Below, in pieces: positions 1 to 10,011 of a stretch of DNA of 64,000 nucleotides. The position numbers and the translations under genes are program-made. The stretch lies in contig CAWGHT010000013.1 in the NCBI GenBank assembly GCA_963822475.1, forward strand, positions 230,226-294,225, in the 5' to 3' direction. The stretch comes from an uncultured Actinomycetota bacterium. GTDB lineage: Bacteria; Actinomycetota; Actinomycetes; Propionibacteriales; Kribbellaceae. Every line of letters starts with the position of its first letter. The first letter of the stretch is position 1. The notes beneath the pieces are model-generated. The model was not told the DNA's origin and did not search any database. It was given only the letters and a program-made list of their open reading frames with translations.

Positions 1-1
1 T

Positions 2-2227
2 TCCCAGAACGACCCGGAAGCCAGTACGACGGTGCACAACGGTGCGACCTTCCCGTACGGCACCACCGGCCCGAACCCGGCCGGCCGCGCGCTGCCGGAC
101 CGCGGCTCGGTCACCGCGGAGCCCGAGGTGATCGACCAGACGGCCAACAAGACGGCGACCGCGAAACCGGCGCCGAAGGGCGCGGAAAGCCTGCGCGGAA
201 TCTTCGACGGCGGACTCTTTCCGGAAGGTTTCGGAAAGAAGGGCATGTCGAACGCCCTACTGGTTTCCGGCGCGCACACGCAGTCCGGCAACCCGATCGC
301 CGTCTACGGCCCGCAGACCGGGTACTTCGCTCCGCAGTTGCTGCTCCGCCAGGAACTGCAAGGCCCTGGGGTCAGCTCGCGCGGGATCGCCTTCGCCGGC
401 CTGAACTTCTACACGCTGATCGGCCGCGGCCCCGACTACTCGTGGAGCGCCACGTCCGCGGGGCAGGACATCACCGACACGTTCGCCGTACCGCTGTGTG
501 AGCCGAACGGCGGGACGCCGACCAAGACGTCTCAGTACTACGTTTTCCGTGGCCAGTGCGTGCCGATCGAGCGGCTCGAGCGGCACAACGCGTGGTACTC
601 CAGTCTCGGCTCGTCGGAGCCCGCCGGGTCGTACACGTTGGTTGCCCTGCGCACCAAGTACGGAATCGTCACGCACCGCGGAACGGTCGGCGGAAAACCC
701 GTGCTGTTCACGAAGAACCGGTCGACGTACGGCAACGAGGCGGGGTCGGCGCTCGGGTTCATGCAGTTCAACGACCCGGACAAGATCCACTCGGCCGCCG
801 ACTTCCAGAAGGCCGCGGCGAACATCGGGTACACGTTCAACTGGTTCTACACGGACAAGAACTCGATCGCGTACTTCAACTCCGGCGACAACCCGGTCCG
901 CGCGGACGGCGCCGACCCGAACCTGCCGTCCTGGAGTTCGTACGAGTGGCAGGGCTGGAACCCGGTCACGAACCGTGCGACGTACACCCCGCCGGCCGAG
1001 CACCCGCAGGTGGTGAACCAGGACTACCTGACCAGCTGGAACAACAAGCAGGCGCCCGGGTTCTCCGCTTCGGACGGGCAGTGGGGCTACAACGCGGTCT
1101 ACCGGAGCCAGCCGCTCGACGACCGGATCAAGGCGGTCATCGACAACGGCCAGAAGTTCACCCGCGGGAAGCTGGTCGAGGCGATGGAGGACGCGGCCAC
1201 CGTCGACCTCCGCGGCGACCAGGTCCTGCCGTACCTCCTTCGCGTGTTGAAGAGCGCACCTATCACCGACCCGGCCGTCGCCGACGCGGTCACCAAACTC
1301 ACCGCCTGGGAACAGGCCGGCGCGCACCGGAAGACCCCGAACGCGTCCTCGAAGACGTACGGCAACGCTGACGCGATCCGGATCCTCGACGCCTGGTGGC
1401 CGCTGCTCGTCCCGGCCGAGTTCAAGGACCTCGGCCCCGATCTGTACGGCGCCCTGGTCGCGAACCTGAAGATCGACGAGCGGCCGAGCGCGCAGGGCTC
1501 CGCGTTCCAGAGCGGCTGGTGGGGCTTCGTGCAGCGGGATCTTCGGAAGGTGCTCGGCGATCCCGTGCAGGCGTCTCAGCCGGTGACGTACTGCGGTGGC
1601 GGAGCGCTGGCCGCGTGCCGGTCGGTCCTCACCGAGACCTTGCTGGCAGCAACCAAGGTGCCGGCGGCGACGACGTACCCGGCGACCGCGGACTGCGCGG
1701 CGGGCGACCAGTTCTGCGCCGACCAGATCGCGCACAACCCGATGGGCGGCATCACCCAGGACCGGATCGCGTGGGTGAACCGGCCGACGTACCAGCAGGT
1801 CGTCGAGTTCCCGGCGAAGCGGGGTGACGACGTCAGCAACCTGGCGGCCGGGAAGACGGCGACCGCGAGCAGCTACGAGAAGGGCTGGTACAACTCTCCG
1901 CCGTCCCAGGCGGTCGACGGGAAGCTGGACACCCGGTGGGCCAGTGACTGGTCCGATCCGCAGTGGCTGAAGGTTGACCTCGGCAACGAGCAGACGGTCA
2001 GCCGGGTCGTGCTGCGGTGGGAGGCGGCGTACGCGAAGGGGTACCGCGTGGAGGTGTCGCGGGACGGGTCGACCTGGCAGCAGGTGTACGCGACGACGGC
2101 CGGTGACGGTGGGGTGGATGTGGTGCGATTCGGCGCCGTACCGGCCCGGTATGTGCGGGTGACGGGGACGCAGCGGGCGACGTCGTACGGGTATTCACTG
2201 TATGAGTTGCAAGTCTTCAGATGGTGA
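2..2227 (+). CDS. Penicillin acylase family (Ntn hydrolase) with C-terminal F5/8 type C (CBM32/discoidin) domain; 5' end lies outside the window
   Basis: Beta-chain nucleophile motif GMSNALLVSG...GPQTGYF, SWNNKQAPG motif; C-terminal NLAAGKTATASS...AVDGKLDTRWAS...WLKVDLG discoidin motif. Confidence 0.85.
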   Translation, partial: SQNDPEASTTVHNGATFPYGTTGPNPAGRALPDRGSVTAEPEVIDQTANKTATAKPAPKGAESLRGIFDGGLFPEGFGKKGMSNALLVSGAHTQSGNPIAVYGPQTGYFAPQLLLRQELQGPGVSSRGIAFAGLNFYTLIGRGPDYSWSATSAGQDITDTFAVPLCEPNGGTPTKTSQYYVFRGQCVPIERLERHNAWYSSLGSSEPAGSYTLVALRTKYGIVTHRGTVGGKPVLFTKNRSTYGNEAGSALGFMQFNDPDKIHSAADFQKAAANIGYTFNWFYTDKNSIAYFNSGDNPVRADGADPNLPSWSSYEWQGWNPVTNRATYTPPAEHPQVVNQDYLTSWNNKQAPGFSASDGQWGYNAVYRSQPLDDRIKAVIDNGQKFTRGKLVEAMEDAATVDLRGDQVLPYLLRVLKSAPITDPAVADAVTKLTAWEQAGAHRKTPNASSKTYGNADAIRILDAWWPLLVPAEFKDLGPDLYGALVANLKIDERPSAQGSAFQSGWWGFVQRDLRKVLGDPVQASQPVTYCGGGALAACRSVLTETLLAATKVPAATTYPATADCAAGDQFCADQIAHNPMGGITQDRIAWVNRPTYQQVVEFPAKRGDDVSNLAAGKTATASSYEKGWYNSPPSQAVDGKLDTRWASDWSDPQWLKVDLGNEQTVSRVVLRWEAAYAKGYRVEVSRDGSTWQQVYATTAGDGGVDVVRFGAVPARYVRVTGTQRATSYGYSLYELQVFRW

Positions 2228-2254
2228 TACCCCAAGGCCTGTCAGGATTAGGGC

Positions 2255-2836
2255 ATGAACCAGAACTTTCCCCCGAACCAGCCGTACCCGCCGCAGCAGC
2301 CTGGTTACCAGCAGGGGCCGCCGCCCGGGTATCAGCAGGGGTCGCCGGAGGGGTACCAGCAGGGTCCTCCGCAGCAGCAGAACTACGGCCAGCAGGGCGG
2401 CTACCAGCAGCCGGCCCAGCCCACGGCGCCGCATGTCGCTCCGCAGGGGTCGCCGTACCCGGTGCTGGTCTCGACCATGAACGACCTGCCCGGGTACACC
2501 GCGGAAACCGTGTTCGGCGAGGTCTTCGGGCTGACCGTGCGGAGCCGCAACATCGGGTCGAACTTCACCGCGAGCTTCCGGTCGCTCGGCGGTGGCGAGG
2601 TGCCGGAGTACACCCAGATGCTGGCCGAATCGCGGCACGTCGCCGTGATGCGGATGTGCCAGATGGCGCAGCAGATGGGCGCCAACGCGATCCTCGCGAT
2701 GCGGTTCGACTGCAACGAGATCGCGCAGACCATGAGCGAGGTGGCCGCCTACGGTACGGCGGTGGTCGTCCGGAGGATCGAGCCGCCGCGGCCGACCGAC
2801 ACGACTCCCGACGAGGACGATGCGAATGACAGCTGA
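2255..2836 (+). CDS. YbjQ/UPF0145 family (heavy-metal-binding domain) protein with Q/P/G/Y-rich N-terminal tail
   Basis: VSTMNDLPG...GEVFGLTVRSRN...GGEVPEYTQML...GANAILAMRFD...EVAAYGTAV. Confidence 0.88.
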   Translation: MNQNFPPNQPYPPQQPGYQQGPPPGYQQGSPEGYQQGPPQQQNYGQQGGYQQPAQPTAPHVAPQGSPYPVLVSTMNDLPGYTAETVFGEVFGLTVRSRNIGSNFTASFRSLGGGEVPEYTQMLAESRHVAVMRMCQMAQQMGANAILAMRFDCNEIAQTMSEVAAYGTAVVVRRIEPPRPTDTTPDEDDANDS

Positions 2837-4190
2837 CCTGACGTTTCCGCCCGGTTTCCGGTGGGGGGTCTCGACGTCGGCGTATCAGATCGAGGGTGCC
2901 GTGGCCGAGGACGGCCGCGGTCCCTCCACCTGGGACACGTTCTGCGCCGAGCCCGGCCGGATCCTCAACGGCGACACCGGTGCCGTCGCGTGCGACCACT
3001 ATCACCGGTACGCCGAGGACGTCGCGCTGCTGCGTGAGCTGGGGGTGGACACCTACCGGTTCTCGTTCTCCTGGCCGCGGATCCAGCCGTCCGGGAGCGG
3101 GCCGGGGAACGCGGCCGGTCTGGACTTCTACGACCGGCTGATCGACACGCTGCTCGGCGCCGGGATCCAGCCGGCGCCGACGCTGTACCACTGGGACACC
3201 CCGCAACCGCTCGAGGACGCCGGCGGCTGGCTGACCCGCGACATCACCGACCGGTTCGCGGAATACGCCGGAATTCTGGCCGCGCACTTCGCGGACCGGG
3301 TGCCGATGTGGATCACCATCAACGAGCCGATGGTGCTGACGTTGATGGGCTACTCGCTCGGCGCGCACGCCCCCGGCAAGGAACTGCTGTTCGACGCGCT
3401 TCCGGTCGCACATCATCAGCTGCTCGCGCACGGCCGCGCGGTGCAGGCGCTGCGGGCGGCCGGCGCCTCCAGCATCGGCATCGCGTCCAACCACGCGCCG
3501 ACCTGGCCCGCGAGCGACAGCGCGGAGGACAAGGAAGCGGCCGCGCTGTACGACAACCTGATCAACTGGCTGTTCGCCGATCCGATCCTGCTCGGCGAGT
3601 ACCCGTCCGGCATGGGCGACGCGATGCCCGGACCGGTCGCCGACGACCTCGCGGTCATCTCGACGCCGCTCGACTTCTTCGGCATCAACCACTACGCGCC
3701 GGTCTCGGTCGGCGTCGCCACCGGGCAGGCCGATACCGCGGCCACCGACGGTGTGCTGCTGCCGCCGGGCCTGCCGTTCGAGCCGCGGACGTTGCCCGGG
3801 TACCCGACCACGGACTTCGGCTGGCCGATCGTGCCGGACGCGTTCGGCGAGACCCTGCGGATCTTCAAGGAACGGTACGGCGACAAGCTGCCGCCGATCT
3901 ACATCACCGAGAACGGGTGCGCGATCAACGACGAGCCCGTCGACGGTGTGGTGTCGGATCAGCGGCGGATCGACTACCTGGACGGGTACCTGCGGTCGTT
4001 GAAGGCCGCGATGGACGACGGGATCGACGTCCGCGGGTACTTCCAGTGGTCGCTGCTGGACAACTTCGAGTGGGCGGCCGGGTACTCGCAGCGGTTCGGG
4101 CTCGTGCACGTCGACTTCGAGACGTTGGAGCGGACGCCGAAAGCGTCGTACCACTGGTTGCGTGATGTGATCGCCCAGAGCCGGCCATGA
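2826..4190 (+). CDS. GH1 beta-glucosidase
   Basis: FRWGVSTSAYQIEG, YRFSFSWPRI, acid/base TINEP, nucleophile YITENG, WSLLDNFEWAAGY. Confidence 0.95.
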   Translation: MTADLTFPPGFRWGVSTSAYQIEGAVAEDGRGPSTWDTFCAEPGRILNGDTGAVACDHYHRYAEDVALLRELGVDTYRFSFSWPRIQPSGSGPGNAAGLDFYDRLIDTLLGAGIQPAPTLYHWDTPQPLEDAGGWLTRDITDRFAEYAGILAAHFADRVPMWITINEPMVLTLMGYSLGAHAPGKELLFDALPVAHHQLLAHGRAVQALRAAGASSIGIASNHAPTWPASDSAEDKEAAALYDNLINWLFADPILLGEYPSGMGDAMPGPVADDLAVISTPLDFFGINHYAPVSVGVATGQADTAATDGVLLPPGLPFEPRTLPGYPTTDFGWPIVPDAFGETLRIFKERYGDKLPPIYITENGCAINDEPVDGVVSDQRRIDYLDGYLRSLKAAMDDGIDVRGYFQWSLLDNFEWAAGYSQRFGLVHVDFETLERTPKASYHWLRDVIAQSRP

Positions 4191-5431
4191 TCCCCGAGCC
4201 CGGCGTGGTGCCGTCCGCGTTGGCGGAACCGACTGTCCGGGTGCGTTCCGGCTGGACCGCGGCCGTCGTACTGGCGAACGTCGGGGTGTTCGCAGCCTGG
4301 CTCGGGCCGATCCAGGTGCTGCTCGCGAAACAGTCCGAGGCTGTTGCTCCGGGCAACAAGGAATTCGTTTTCGGGCTGGTGACCGGTGTCGGCGCGGCGG
4401 TCTCGGTGGTCGCGAACCCGGCGTTCGGCGCGATCTCCGACCGGACCACGTCCCGCTACGGGCGCCGGGTCCCGTGGGTGGTCGCCGGTGCGGTCGGTGG
4501 CGCGATCGGGCTCGGCATCTTGTCGGGTGCGCATGTCATCGCGTTGATGCTGATCGGCTGGTGCTTGATGCAGCTCTGCGGCAACGCATTGCTCGCCGCG
4601 GCCACAGCCGTCATACCCGATCGCGTGCCTGTCGCGCAGCGCGGCGTCGTCGGCGGGTGGGTCGCGATCTCCCAGGTCCTGGGCGCCTTGGTCGGGACTG
4701 CGTTGGCCGCCGCGTTCAACAGTTTCACCCTCGGGTACGTCGCTTGCGCCGTCTTCCTGTTGTTGTCGGTTGTGCCGTACCTGCTTCGGAGCGGCGATGC
4801 GACGTTGACGGAGCGGCCGACGTTCGTGTTCGGCGAATTCGTGAAGAGTTTCTGGATCAGTCCGCGGCGCTACCCGGACTTCGGGTGGGCGTGGCTGACG
4901 CGGTTCCTGTTCAACGTGGGTAACGCGTTGGGGACGTTGTACCTCTTCTTCTACCTGCAGGACGAGGTCGGCGTCACCGACCCGGACACCGGCGTACTGG
5001 TACTGACGGCGATCTACAGCGTCTGCGTGCTCGTCACCGCGATCACCTTCGGCCGCTGGTCGGACCGCTCCGCCCGGCGCAAGGTGTTCGTCACCGCGTC
5101 CGGTTGGGTGATGGCGGCAGCCGGCGTCGTACTCGCGACCTTGCCGACCTGGCCCGGCGCAATCCTCGGGGCGGTCATCCTCGGCGCAGGCTTCGGCGTC
5201 TACCTCTCCGTCGACTTCGCGCTGCTGACCGAGGTCCTCCCAAGCGCCCGCAACCGCGGCAAGGACCTCGGCGTCATCAACATCGCCAACTCCCTACCCC
5301 AAGTCCTGGCCCCAGCCATCGCCGCCCCCATCGTCAAACACCTAGGCGGCTACCCAGTCCTCTACCTCCTGGCCTCCGCAGTAACCCTCCTGGCAGGCGT
5401 ACTGGTAACCCGAATCCGCTCGGTCGCCTAG
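4187..5431 (+). CDS. MFS transporter (probable sugar/glycoside)
   Basis: About 12 hydrophobic segments, GAISDRTTSRYGRR motif; 4-bp overlap with GH1. Confidence 0.9.
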   Translation: MIPEPGVVPSALAEPTVRVRSGWTAAVVLANVGVFAAWLGPIQVLLAKQSEAVAPGNKEFVFGLVTGVGAAVSVVANPAFGAISDRTTSRYGRRVPWVVAGAVGGAIGLGILSGAHVIALMLIGWCLMQLCGNALLAAATAVIPDRVPVAQRGVVGGWVAISQVLGALVGTALAAAFNSFTLGYVACAVFLLLSVVPYLLRSGDATLTERPTFVFGEFVKSFWISPRRYPDFGWAWLTRFLFNVGNALGTLYLFFYLQDEVGVTDPDTGVLVLTAIYSVCVLVTAITFGRWSDRSARRKVFVTASGWVMAAAGVVLATLPTWPGAILGAVILGAGFGVYLSVDFALLTEVLPSARNRGKDLGVINIANSLPQVLAPAIAAPIVKHLGGYPVLYLLASAVTLLAGVLVTRIRSVA

Positions 5432-6708
5432 CGCTCACAGTTGGCGGGACAAGGCGCGGGCGGGCGGGTGGTTGCGGTTACCTGGATGTGGTTCAGGTCC
5501 AGCCAGTCCGCCATTAGGTGGAGTTCGGTGGCTAGTTGGTCGGTGAAGTCGGGGGCGTCTGGTTCGGGGGTGAGGGTGGGGATGACGAGGGTTGAGGATT
5601 GGCGGTCGGCTTTGAGGTCTACTCGGGCTACCAGTTGGTCGCCGAGGAGGAACGGCAGGACGTAGTAGCCGTGGATGCGTTGTGGGGCGGGGGTGTAGAT
5701 GCTGATCCGGTAGAAGAAGTCGAACAGGTGATGCGTGCGGTCGCGGTTCCAGATCAGCGGGTCGAACGGCGAGAGCAGCGCCTGCGCGTCGATCGGGTGG
5801 TCCTCCGCTTCGTGCCAGCGGTACGCCTGCTGCTTCACGCCCTCGACACGAACGGGGATCAGATCACCAGCCTCGACCAGCTCACCGATCACCTCGCGAC
5901 CGGTTGCTGCAGGCAACGGAAAGTGCGCCTGCCCGCTACCGCCGCACAACTCCTTCAGCGTCGCGACCCCCAAACCACGGGCCGCGATCCGGACCAGTTC
6001 ACGACGGGCCTCGTCGGCGGTCGGCTCCGGGGCGTTGAGTACGTCGGCGGGCAGCACGCGCTCGGTCAGGTCGTAGACCCGCTCGAAGTGCCGCCGGCTC
6101 GCGATCGTCACCTGGCCCGTGCAGAACAGGTACTCGATCGCGATCTTCGCGTCCTGCCAGTTCCACATCTTGCCGGTCGTCGGATCCGGGTCCGGGTCGG
6201 AACGCTTGCGCCGTACGCCGTCCGGACTCGCCTCGCCCGCGGTCAGCGGCCCTTTCTCCGTCACGAGCTGCAGGACCTGGTCGACGTACCCGGGCCGCTC
6301 CGCCGACAGCCGGCGCATCCCCGCGACAACCGACCACGGCGCGGTCACATCCGGACTCAGCTCCTCGTCCCACACCTGCCGCTCGGCCGCCCGCATCCGC
6401 CACCGCATCAACGGGTACGTCGACAACGGCAGGAGCGCCGCCTTGTGCCCCCAGAAGTACTCGAACAGCTCCCGGTCGGCGCCCCAACTCATCTCGTCCA
6501 GGCCCGCGCGCGAGTAGTTCCCCTCTCGCGAGAACGCCGGCAGGTAGTGCGACCGGCACAACACATTCACCGAGTCCAGCTGCAGTACGCCGACCTGCCC
6601 GATCGCCCGCCGTACGTCACCATCCCCGCGCGGCTCCCCGAACCCTTGCGCACCCAGCGCAATCCGCCGCGCCTCAGCCCCCGAGACCTCATCTCCAACG
6701 GCCGCCAT
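5428..6708 (-). CDS. ycaQ: YcaQ/AlkZ-like (HTH_42) interstrand-crosslink DNA glycosylase
   Basis: LQLDSVNVL (QxD motif), ALLSPFDPLIWNRDR, YRISIYTPAPQRIHGYYVLPFL. Confidence 0.85.
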   Translation of the reverse strand: MAAVGDEVSGAEARRIALGAQGFGEPRGDGDVRRAIGQVGVLQLDSVNVLCRSHYLPAFSREGNYSRAGLDEMSWGADRELFEYFWGHKAALLPLSTYPLMRWRMRAAERQVWDEELSPDVTAPWSVVAGMRRLSAERPGYVDQVLQLVTEKGPLTAGEASPDGVRRKRSDPDPDPTTGKMWNWQDAKIAIEYLFCTGQVTIASRRHFERVYDLTERVLPADVLNAPEPTADEARRELVRIAARGLGVATLKELCGGSGQAHFPLPAATGREVIGELVEAGDLIPVRVEGVKQQAYRWHEAEDHPIDAQALLSPFDPLIWNRDRTHHLFDFFYRISIYTPAPQRIHGYYVLPFLLGDQLVARVDLKADRQSSTLVIPTLTPEPDAPDFTDQLATELHLMADWLDLNHIQVTATTRPPAPCPANCER

Positions 6709-6733
6709 ACCTCGAACATATAGCGGACCAGTG

Positions 6734-8035
6734 TTACGCGGGTACCAGTTGGGATTCGTAGGTGATGGTTAGGCGGCGGTAGGCGGCGCTTAGGAAGGCT
6801 AGTAGTACGACGATCAGCATGAGGAGGCTGGCGGCGACGAAGGCTAGGGCGATTCCGCGGGCCTGGCCGTCGCCGAGGAGCCAGCCGAAGGTGGTGCGGC
6901 CCGCTGTCGAGTCCATGTAGGGGATCAGCAGGAACTGTGCCGCCGGGCCGATGGCGAACGCGGCGATCGGCGTGGACGCCGTCTCGATGCTCTGCGCGAA
7001 CCCGAACACCCGCCCCTGCTTCTCGAACGGGACCATCCGCTGCAGGATCGTCTGCTCGGCCGCCTCGGCGATCGGGATCACCAGCATGAAGCCGAACATG
7101 CCCAGTACCAGCAGCGACTGCCACTCGCGCGCCGCCGTACCGAGGCCGACGATCGCGATCCCGACGTTCGCCAGCATCAGCAGCCGCAGCGGCGCACGCC
7201 CCAGCCCGAAGCGGGCGACCAGGGCGCCGCCGGCGATGAAGCCGATGCTGGTGATGCCGAGGACGATGCCCCAGGACTGGACCGAGAACAGGTTCAGTCC
7301 GTACGGGTCCATCAGCGCCATGAAGACGCCCATGATCAGGTTGTTGAACGTGCTGAACAGAACCAGCGGAAGGAGACCCGGTACGCCGCGCATCGTCTGC
7401 CAGGCGCTCCGGATGTCGATCCGAGTCTTCTCCTGGTGCTCCGGCCGCGGCTCGTCGAGGTGGATCGCGAGCAGCAGGTGCACGAGTACGGCGACCGTGA
7501 ACACGACCGCGATCGCGACCGTGCCGCCCATGCCGACGAAGCCGACCGACAGGCCGCTGAGGACGCTGGTGATCAGGTGCGCGACGCCGTTCACCGTGCC
7601 GACGAGACCGTTCGCCTTGTCGCGGCGGTCGGCCGGGACGAGCATCGTCACCGCGGTCGAGAGCGCGATGCTCCGGAGCTGACCGGCCGTACTGCCGACC
7701 AGGACCATCAGCGTGAACGCCCAGAACCACGGCCCGTGCCAGTTGGTGAGCTGCCGGCCGACGACGACGTACAGGATGCCGGCGAGCGCGAAGGCGACGC
7801 CGGTGATCGAGGTGGACAGCGCCATCGCGGTCTTCTTGCGGTGCGAGTCCACGACCGCTCCGAAGATCGTCCCGGAGGCGGCGCCGATCAGCATCGAGAC
7901 GCCGGAGACGAGGGACGCGGCGAGCACCGAGTGCGTCACCAGGTACACCCAGAAGGCGAAGCCGAAGCTCAGGAACGTGGTCGTCACGTTCGCCACCAAC
8001 GTGTTGATCAGCAACCGCCTGAATGTCGTCGTCAT
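6734..8035 (-). CDS. MFS transporter (DHA3/macrolide-efflux-like)
   Basis: Multi-TM pattern, GAVVDSHRKK, QRMVPFEKQGRVFG. Confidence 0.88.
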   Translation of the reverse strand: MTTTFRRLLINTLVANVTTTFLSFGFAFWVYLVTHSVLAASLVSGVSMLIGAASGTIFGAVVDSHRKKTAMALSTSITGVAFALAGILYVVVGRQLTNWHGPWFWAFTLMVLVGSTAGQLRSIALSTAVTMLVPADRRDKANGLVGTVNGVAHLITSVLSGLSVGFVGMGGTVAIAVVFTVAVLVHLLLAIHLDEPRPEHQEKTRIDIRSAWQTMRGVPGLLPLVLFSTFNNLIMGVFMALMDPYGLNLFSVQSWGIVLGITSIGFIAGGALVARFGLGRAPLRLLMLANVGIAIVGLGTAAREWQSLLVLGMFGFMLVIPIAEAAEQTILQRMVPFEKQGRVFGFAQSIETASTPIAAFAIGPAAQFLLIPYMDSTAGRTTFGWLLGDGQARGIALAFVAASLLMLIVVLLAFLSAAYRRLTITYESQLVPA

Positions 8036-8056
8036 ACCCCTACGTCGGACGCGACT

Positions 8057-8491
8057 TCAGGAAATTGACATGACCTCCCGAAGGATCTCGAAATCGTCCG
8101 GTTCGAGCGGGACCAGGCCGCGGCGGAGCTGGTAGCCCCAGTTCGGCGTCCGGGTCAGCTTCAGGTCGACGTCGCGGAGCGCCGCGCGGTGGACGGGGAG
8201 GAACTCGATCCGCCGCCGCCACGGCTGGATCGTGCCGCGGTCACCCATCGCCATCGGTTCGGCCTGGTACGGCGCGGTGTCGGCGACTACTCCGAGTGCT
8301 GTGAACGCCCGGAGCGGTTCCTTGGCCCGATACCGCTCGGTAGGGGAGTAGATCGCGAACCCGTCACCTTCGCGCAGGCGAGCGACGCCGTACCGCTTGC
8401 CGTGGTTGAGCTGGATGAAACCGCCCTCGACGGCCCGCTGGGTGTGGTCCGCGGAGACCACACCCAGCCAAGCCCTGTTCAGATCGTTCAT
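8057..8491 (-). CDS. EVE domain protein
   Basis: WLGVVSADH...GFIQLNHGK...GDGFAIYSP...PWRRRIEF...WGYQLRRGL. Confidence 0.85.
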   Translation of the reverse strand: MNDLNRAWLGVVSADHTQRAVEGGFIQLNHGKRYGVARLREGDGFAIYSPTERYRAKEPLRAFTALGVVADTAPYQAEPMAMGDRGTIQPWRRRIEFLPVHRAALRDVDLKLTRTPNWGYQLRRGLVPLEPDDFEILREVMSIS

Positions 8492-8495
8492 GCAG

Positions 8496-10011
8496 CTACT
8501 GTCCGCCGGTATATACGACATCTTTCGTCATAATTTTCCGGCGGAGTTTGGCGATCAGCGGCCAGGCGATCATCAGCAGGATCACGGCGTAGATCACGTA
8601 CGCGACAGGCCCGCCGATCAGGCCCGAGACGTCGCCGTTGGACAGTTGCAGCGCCATCCGGGCCTGCCGCTCGGCGATCGGTCCGAGGATCACGCCGATG
8701 ATCAGCGGCAGCACGGGCAGCCCGAAGCGCCGCATCGCGAACCCGAGCAGACCCGAGCACCAGGAGCAGCAGCAGGTCGAGCGGCTGCGCGTTCACGGCG
8801 TACGCGCCCATCGAGGCGAAGAAGATGATCCCGGCGTACAGGTACGGGCGGGGGATCTGCAGCAGCTTCGCCCAGGCCGGCGCGAGCGGCAGGTTGAGCA
8901 GCAACAGGAACAGGTTGCCGATGAACAGGCTCGCGATCAGCGCCCACACCAGCTTCGGCTCGCGCTGGAACAGCAGCGGTCCGGGCTGAATGCCGTACGA
9001 CGTGAACGCGGCCAGCATCACCGCTGCCGTCGCGTTCGTGGGCAGACCGAGCGCGAGCATCGGGACCAGCGTGCCGGCGGCCGATGCGTTGTTCGCGGCC
9101 TCCGGTCCCGCCACGCCCTCGATCGCGCCGTGCCCGAACTCCTCCGGGTGCTTGGACAGCTTCTTCTCGGTCGCGTACGAGAGGAAAGTCGGGATTTCCG
9201 CGCCGCCGGCCGGTAGCGCACCGATCGGGAAGCCGTACGCCGTACCTCGCAGCCACGGCTTCCACGAGCGACGCCAGTCCGACTTCCCCATCCACGGCCG
9301 CCCGACCGGGATGACCGTGCCCGGGTTCCGCCGCAGATGCGCCGCAACCCAGAGCGCCTCGCCGACCGCAAAGATGCCGACGGCAACCACCACGACATCG
9401 ATGCCGTCGGCAAGCTGCGGGATGCCGAGCGTCAGCCGCTGCTGGCCGGTCACCTTGTCGATCCCGACCAGCCCGATCACCAGCCCGAGCAGCAGCGCCG
9501 CGAACCCGCGGATCCGCGACGACCCGAGCACCGACGTGGCACCGGCGAACGCGAGCAGCATGATCGCCAGGTAGTCCGGCGCGCCCAGGCTGATCGCGAA
9601 CTTCACGACCTGCGGCGCGACCAGCACCAGCAACAGCGTCCCGATCGTTCCGGCGACGAACGACCCGATCGCGGCCGTCGCCAGCGCCTGCGCGGCCCGC
9701 CCGGAGCGTGCCATTTTGTTGCCCTCGATCGCCGTCACCACCGATGACGACTCCCCGGGCGTGTTGAGCAGGATCGAGGTGGTCGAGCCGCCGTACATGC
9801 CGCCGTAGAAGATGCCGGCGAACATGATGAACGCCTGCACCGGCTCGAGCCCGTACGTGATCGGCAGCAGCAGCGCGACCGTCATCGCCGGACCGATCCC
9901 GGGCAGTACGCCGACCGCCGTACCGACCGTGACTCCTAGCAGTGCCAGCAACAGGTTGATCGGCGTCAGTACGTCGCCGAACCCGTTCAGCAGGTTCGTC
10001 AGGTTGTCCAT
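8496..10011 (-). pseudogene. tctA: Tripartite tricarboxylate transporter large subunit TctA, split by a +1 frameshift near 8755 (possibly a sequencing error)
   Basis: [19 protein letters not shown]-like [28 protein letters not shown]; frame breaks at LLLLVLG and resumes as [19 protein letters not shown] after one extra base. Confidence 0.85.

Noticed and set aside
8057-8491. EVE protein as part of a modification-dependent restriction system
   Set aside because: Stand-alone small EVE with no nuclease or toxin partner nearby
8745-8765. Programmed ribosomal frameshifting or phase variation in tctA, trmH and the decarboxylase
   Set aside because: No slippery heptamer, downstream structure or long homopolymer; all events are +1, which fits sequencing insertion error better
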